A DNA stretch of 64,000 nucleotides from an uncultured delta proteobacterium (lineage in GTDB: Bacteria; Desulfobacterota; Binatia; UBA9968). Made by a program: the position numbers and the translations under genes. Below are positions 61,005 to 64,000 of the stretch, piece by piece; position 1 is the stretch's first letter; every line of letters begins with the position of its first letter. The stretch spans positions 32,001-96,000 of the forward strand of contig CAVYTU010000005.1 in NCBI GenBank assembly GCA_963771465.1, written 5' to 3'. The notes under the pieces were generated by a model that saw nothing but the letters and a program-made list of their open reading frames with translations, searched no databases and had not been told where the DNA came from.

Positions 61005-61037
61005 GCAATTCGTGCTTTGGGCGAAAATAATTCGAAC

Positions 61038-61067
61038 GTAGGAGCGACTCCGGGTGATTGCCCGTAC
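61038..61067. repeat. GTAG-type REP-like palindrome
   Basis: GTAGgagcgac...gattgcccgtac. Confidence 0.5.
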
Positions 61068-61100
61068 GGATACTGTGAATATTCGCGAGGAAATATTTTT

Positions 61101-61907
61101 ATGCCGACAGTACGCAGCAACGACGCAGAGATTTACTACGAAGTGCATGGCCGCGGTCAGCCGTTTTTGTTTTTCAGCGAGACGGCGTGCAGCGGCGAAG
61201 TTTGGAAGCTCCATCAGCTGGCGGAGTTTTCCAAGGATCATGCCGTTATTATTCACGACTACCGCGGCACGGGCAGATCGAGCAAGCCGTCAATCGAATA
61301 CACGACGCGGATGTTTTGCGACGATGCCGTGGCGTTGCTCGATCACCTGCACGTCAAGGATGCCATCGTGCTCGGCCATTCGATGGGCGGGCGAGTAGCG
61401 CAATTGCTAGCGTTGGAATATCCGGAGCGGGTCAAGAAGTTGATTCTCGCGTCCACCGGCGCGTCGTTTCCCGGCGGCGCGGGATTGCCTTTGCAGATGT
61501 GCAAAGAAATGATCGAGTGGGGTTACGAGAAATACCTGCGCGTACATACGATCCAAGTGGGTTTCACCGATGAGTTCGTCAAGAGCGAGCCGGAACGCTT
61601 GGAAGCGTTCTTCAAAGCTCGCTTGGCCAATCTCGGCCCGGTGGAATTTTATTTGCGCCATGTGCTGTCGCGTCAGGGACATGACACCAGCGGCAGGCTC
61701 AAAGACATTCGCATGCCGACGCTGGTATTGGTCGGCGAGCACGAAGGCGATCCCAAGGTCGTCATGACGCACCGCATGTCATCGGCCATTCTAGCGAGAG
61801 GGATTCCCAATGCGAAATTTGTCATGCTGCCCAAACAGAAGCACAACTATTTCATTAGCGATCCGGTCACGTTTCACAAAGTGATCCGTGAGTTTCTATC
61901 CTCGTAG
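61101..61907 (+). CDS. Alpha/beta hydrolase (tandem paralog)
   Basis: DYRGTGRS, GHSMGG. Confidence 0.9.
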   Translation: MPTVRSNDAEIYYEVHGRGQPFLFFSETACSGEVWKLHQLAEFSKDHAVIIHDYRGTGRSSKPSIEYTTRMFCDDAVALLDHLHVKDAIVLGHSMGGRVAQLLALEYPERVKKLILASTGASFPGGAGLPLQMCKEMIEWGYEKYLRVHTIQVGFTDEFVKSEPERLEAFFKARLANLGPVEFYLRHVLSRQGHDTSGRLKDIRMPTLVLVGEHEGDPKVVMTHRMSSAILARGIPNAKFVMLPKQKHNYFISDPVTFHKVIREFLSS

Positions 61908-61927
61908 GGGCGACCGGCCGGTCGCCC
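61904..61927. repeat. GTAG-type REP palindrome using the gene's stop codon
   Basis: GTAG GGGCGACC ggcc GGTCGCCC. Confidence 0.65.
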
Positions 61928-61956
61928 GACCGTGCACAACGGTGCGATAGACCGGA

Positions 61957-62286
61957 TTACAGATGAATAAACGCCCGCACCCAATTCTTCGGCAGCGCGG
62001 TGTGGCCTTGGCCGGTTTCATCCTCGGCTAAGAAGACATCGCCGGGGCTGAAGGTCTTCACCGTGCCGTCGCCGATGCCGATATCGACCGTGCCGGAGAG
62101 TGTAATACACCATTGGCGGCGCGGCGCGTTGTGCCAGCCGTGCAGATCGTCGCGATTCAGGTCGTTCTTAAAAACCAGAGCTTTGGGCGTGATCGTGGTG
62201 AGAAAAAACTTTGAACCTTCTTGCTGGTCTAATTCCTCGAAGTGCGACTTGCCGTCGGCGCCGGTATACATTCTGCAGAACTGCAT
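61957..62286 (-). CDS. Small cupin-like protein
   Basis: GADGKSHFE, WHNAPRRQW, PGDVFLAED.TGQGH. Confidence 0.85.
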   Translation of the reverse strand: MQFCRMYTGADGKSHFEELDQQEGSKFFLTTITPKALVFKNDLNRDDLHGWHNAPRRQWCITLSGTVDIGIGDGTVKTFSPGDVFLAEDETGQGHTALPKNWVRAFIHL

Positions 62287-62444
62287 GATACCTCCTAGAG
62301 TGTGAAATTGGTTTAGGGCTTAACAGCAATCCAAATATCTTTGCAAGGCGAGCAGTTTTTCTCTGCCATCGATTGACAGTTCCGACGCATCTGGAGTAGG
62401 AAATCTTGTTACGAATCGATGCAAAATTTAGAGGAGGAAAGAAA

Positions 62445-63263
62445 ATGGCAAATTATCAGACGTTATTAGTGGACAACAAAGAGGGCGTGACGACGATCAC
62501 ACTCAATCGGCCGGAGAAGCGCAACGCCATGAGCCCGCAGCTGCACCGCGACATGTACGATTGTCTCACGGATCTGCGCTACGACAAGGACACGCGGGTG
62601 ATCATCATCACCGGCGCCGGCGAAAGCTTTTGCGCCGGACAGGACTTGAAGCAATATTTTATCGAAATGGATTCGCAGCCCGAACGCGTGCGTGACGAAG
62701 TGCGCGAAAAATCGCGCCAGTGGAGAAACGAAATTCTGCGCAAGATGCCGCAACCGGTGATCGCCAAGATCAACGGCTGGGTGTTTGGCGGCGGCTTTAC
62801 GGTTGTCACCGGCTGCGATATCGCGATCGCGGCCGAAGACGTGCAATTCGGCTTATCGGAAGTCAACTTCGGCCATTTCCCTGGCGGCGAAGTGACGATT
62901 GTCTTGACCGAACACTTGCAGCCCAAGCACGGGCTCTATTACGCGCTCACGGGCAAGACGATGAACGCCAAGGAAGCGGAACGGATCGGTCTCATTACCA
63001 AGGCGGTGCCGCGCGCGGACTTGGACAAAGAGGTGATGGACATCGCCAATAATCTGAAAGAGAAAGCGCCGTCCGCGCTCAATGCCGTCAAAGAAGCTTG
63101 GTATTACACCTTCTATTCCAATCCCGACGTTGCCTACGAAATTTCCGGCTTGATTTCCGACAAAGCCAAGCAGGCGATCGGCGGCCGGCCGGGGTTGCAA
63201 CAGTTCGCGCGCAAGGAATATCGGCCGGGGTTAGGGTCGTATAAGGTTGAAGAAAAGAAGTAA
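62445..63263 (+). CDS. p-hydroxycinnamoyl-CoA hydratase/lyase-like crotonase
   Basis: NRPEKRNAMSP, DLKQYF, NGW.FGGGF, FGLSEVN, C-terminal RPGL.SYK as in HCHL/Ech enzymes. Confidence 0.75.
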   Translation: MANYQTLLVDNKEGVTTITLNRPEKRNAMSPQLHRDMYDCLTDLRYDKDTRVIIITGAGESFCAGQDLKQYFIEMDSQPERVRDEVREKSRQWRNEILRKMPQPVIAKINGWVFGGGFTVVTGCDIAIAAEDVQFGLSEVNFGHFPGGEVTIVLTEHLQPKHGLYYALTGKTMNAKEAERIGLITKAVPRADLDKEVMDIANNLKEKAPSALNAVKEAWYYTFYSNPDVAYEISGLISDKAKQAIGGRPGLQQFARKEYRPGLGSYKVEEKK

Positions 63264-63273
63264 GTTCGCCAAA

Positions 63274-63384
63274 ATTTTGGATTTCCAATATTGGATTTTG
63301 GATTGACGGATTAGGAGATGCCGGTGCAAGTGTAACAACCTGTGCCGGCATTTTTCCGATAATCCAAAATCTAAAATCCAAAAT
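63274..63384. repeat. 7-bp periodic inverted repeat (TTGGATT / AATCCAA) around an inner hairpin
   Basis: attttggatttccaatattggattttggatt ... atgccgg..ccggcat ... aatccaaaatctaaaatccaaaat. Confidence 0.85.
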
Positions 63385-63394
63385 GGGGGAAGTG

Positions 63395-64000
63395 ATGGAT
63401 TTCAATTTACCTGACGAACTGCAGATGCTCAAAGATACGGTGCGCAAGTTTGTCGATAAGGAGCTGATCCCGATCGAGATGCATACGATCGAGAACATGG
63501 AGCTGAAGCCCGACATCCGCGAAAAGCTAGAGAAGAAAACCAGAGAGATGGGGTTGTGGATGTTCGACGTGCCGGAAGAGTACGGCGGCGGCGGGTTGGG
63601 CAGCTTGGCGCAGGTGCTGGTGTGGGAAGAGCTATCGCGCACCGTGGCGTTGCCGTCACGCGGCCAGGGAATCTTCGGACCCGAGGTGCGGCCGATTCTT
63701 TACGCGCTCAATCCGGAACAAAAAAAGCGTTTCATGGATCCGGTACTGGCCGGTGAGAAAAAACTTTGCTTCATGCAGACCGAGCCCGATGCGGGTTCCG
63801 ATCCGGCCTCGATGAAAACTCGCGCCGTCAGGCAAGGCGATCACTACGTGATCAACGGCACCAAGCGATTCATCACCGGCGCCGGTGATGCCGACATCGG
63901 CCAGCTCATGGCCGTCACCGATCCGACCAAAGGCGCGCATGGCGGCATCTCTTGTTTCATGGTCGACATGAAAACCCCCGGCCTCACGCTGGTCACGCGC
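63395..64000 (+). CDS. Acyl-CoA dehydrogenase (runs off right edge)
   Basis: Manual translation: MDFNLPDELQMLKDTVRKFV, VPEEYGGGG, FMQTEPDAGSD, INGTKRFITGA. Confidence 0.9.
   Translation, partial: MDFNLPDELQMLKDTVRKFVDKELIPIEMHTIENMELKPDIREKLEKKTREMGLWMFDVPEEYGGGGLGSLAQVLVWEELSRTVALPSRGQGIFGPEVRPILYALNPEQKKRFMDPVLAGEKKLCFMQTEPDAGSDPASMKTRAVRQGDHYVINGTKRFITGAGDADIGQLMAVTDPTKGAHGGISCFMVDMKTPGLTLVTR

Noticed and set aside
18660-63384. Periodic short repeats as CRISPR arrays
   Set aside because: Units are 7-9 bp with no unique 25-45-bp spacers and no cas genes

Overview
Bacterial DNA of moderately high GC. Gene content (many orphan NMT1/SsuA-like binding proteins, amidohydrolases, Rieske oxygenase, CoA enzymes) resembles soil 'Deltaproteobacteria'/Binatia-type genomes; this is inference. 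Many single-base frameshifts point to an error-prone long-read assembly. No rRNA, tRNA, CRISPR array or transposase was seen. Contents in order: a partial histidine kinase, SCO and a binding protein; a ~3.6-kb tandem duplication of [enhancer palindromes + sigma54 promoter + TIGR03032/DUF4915 gene + secreted beta-helix/DUF4214 protein with a ~90-aa extended leader]; envelope lipoproteins with sigma54 promoters; aromatic/organic-acid catabolic genes; a probable selenocysteine glutathione S-transferase (in-frame UGA + SECIS-like hairpin) missed by the ORF track; two four-helix-bundle genes, one enclosed by ~41-bp inverted repeats; the methylcitrate cluster with acuI; and a CoA-dependent catabolic cluster. 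Many gene junctions carry hairpins or arrays built from 7-, 8- or 9-bp periodic units. The best candidates for undescribed systems are the duplicated TIGR03032/long-leader module and the periodic-repeat/four-helix-bundle cassettes.
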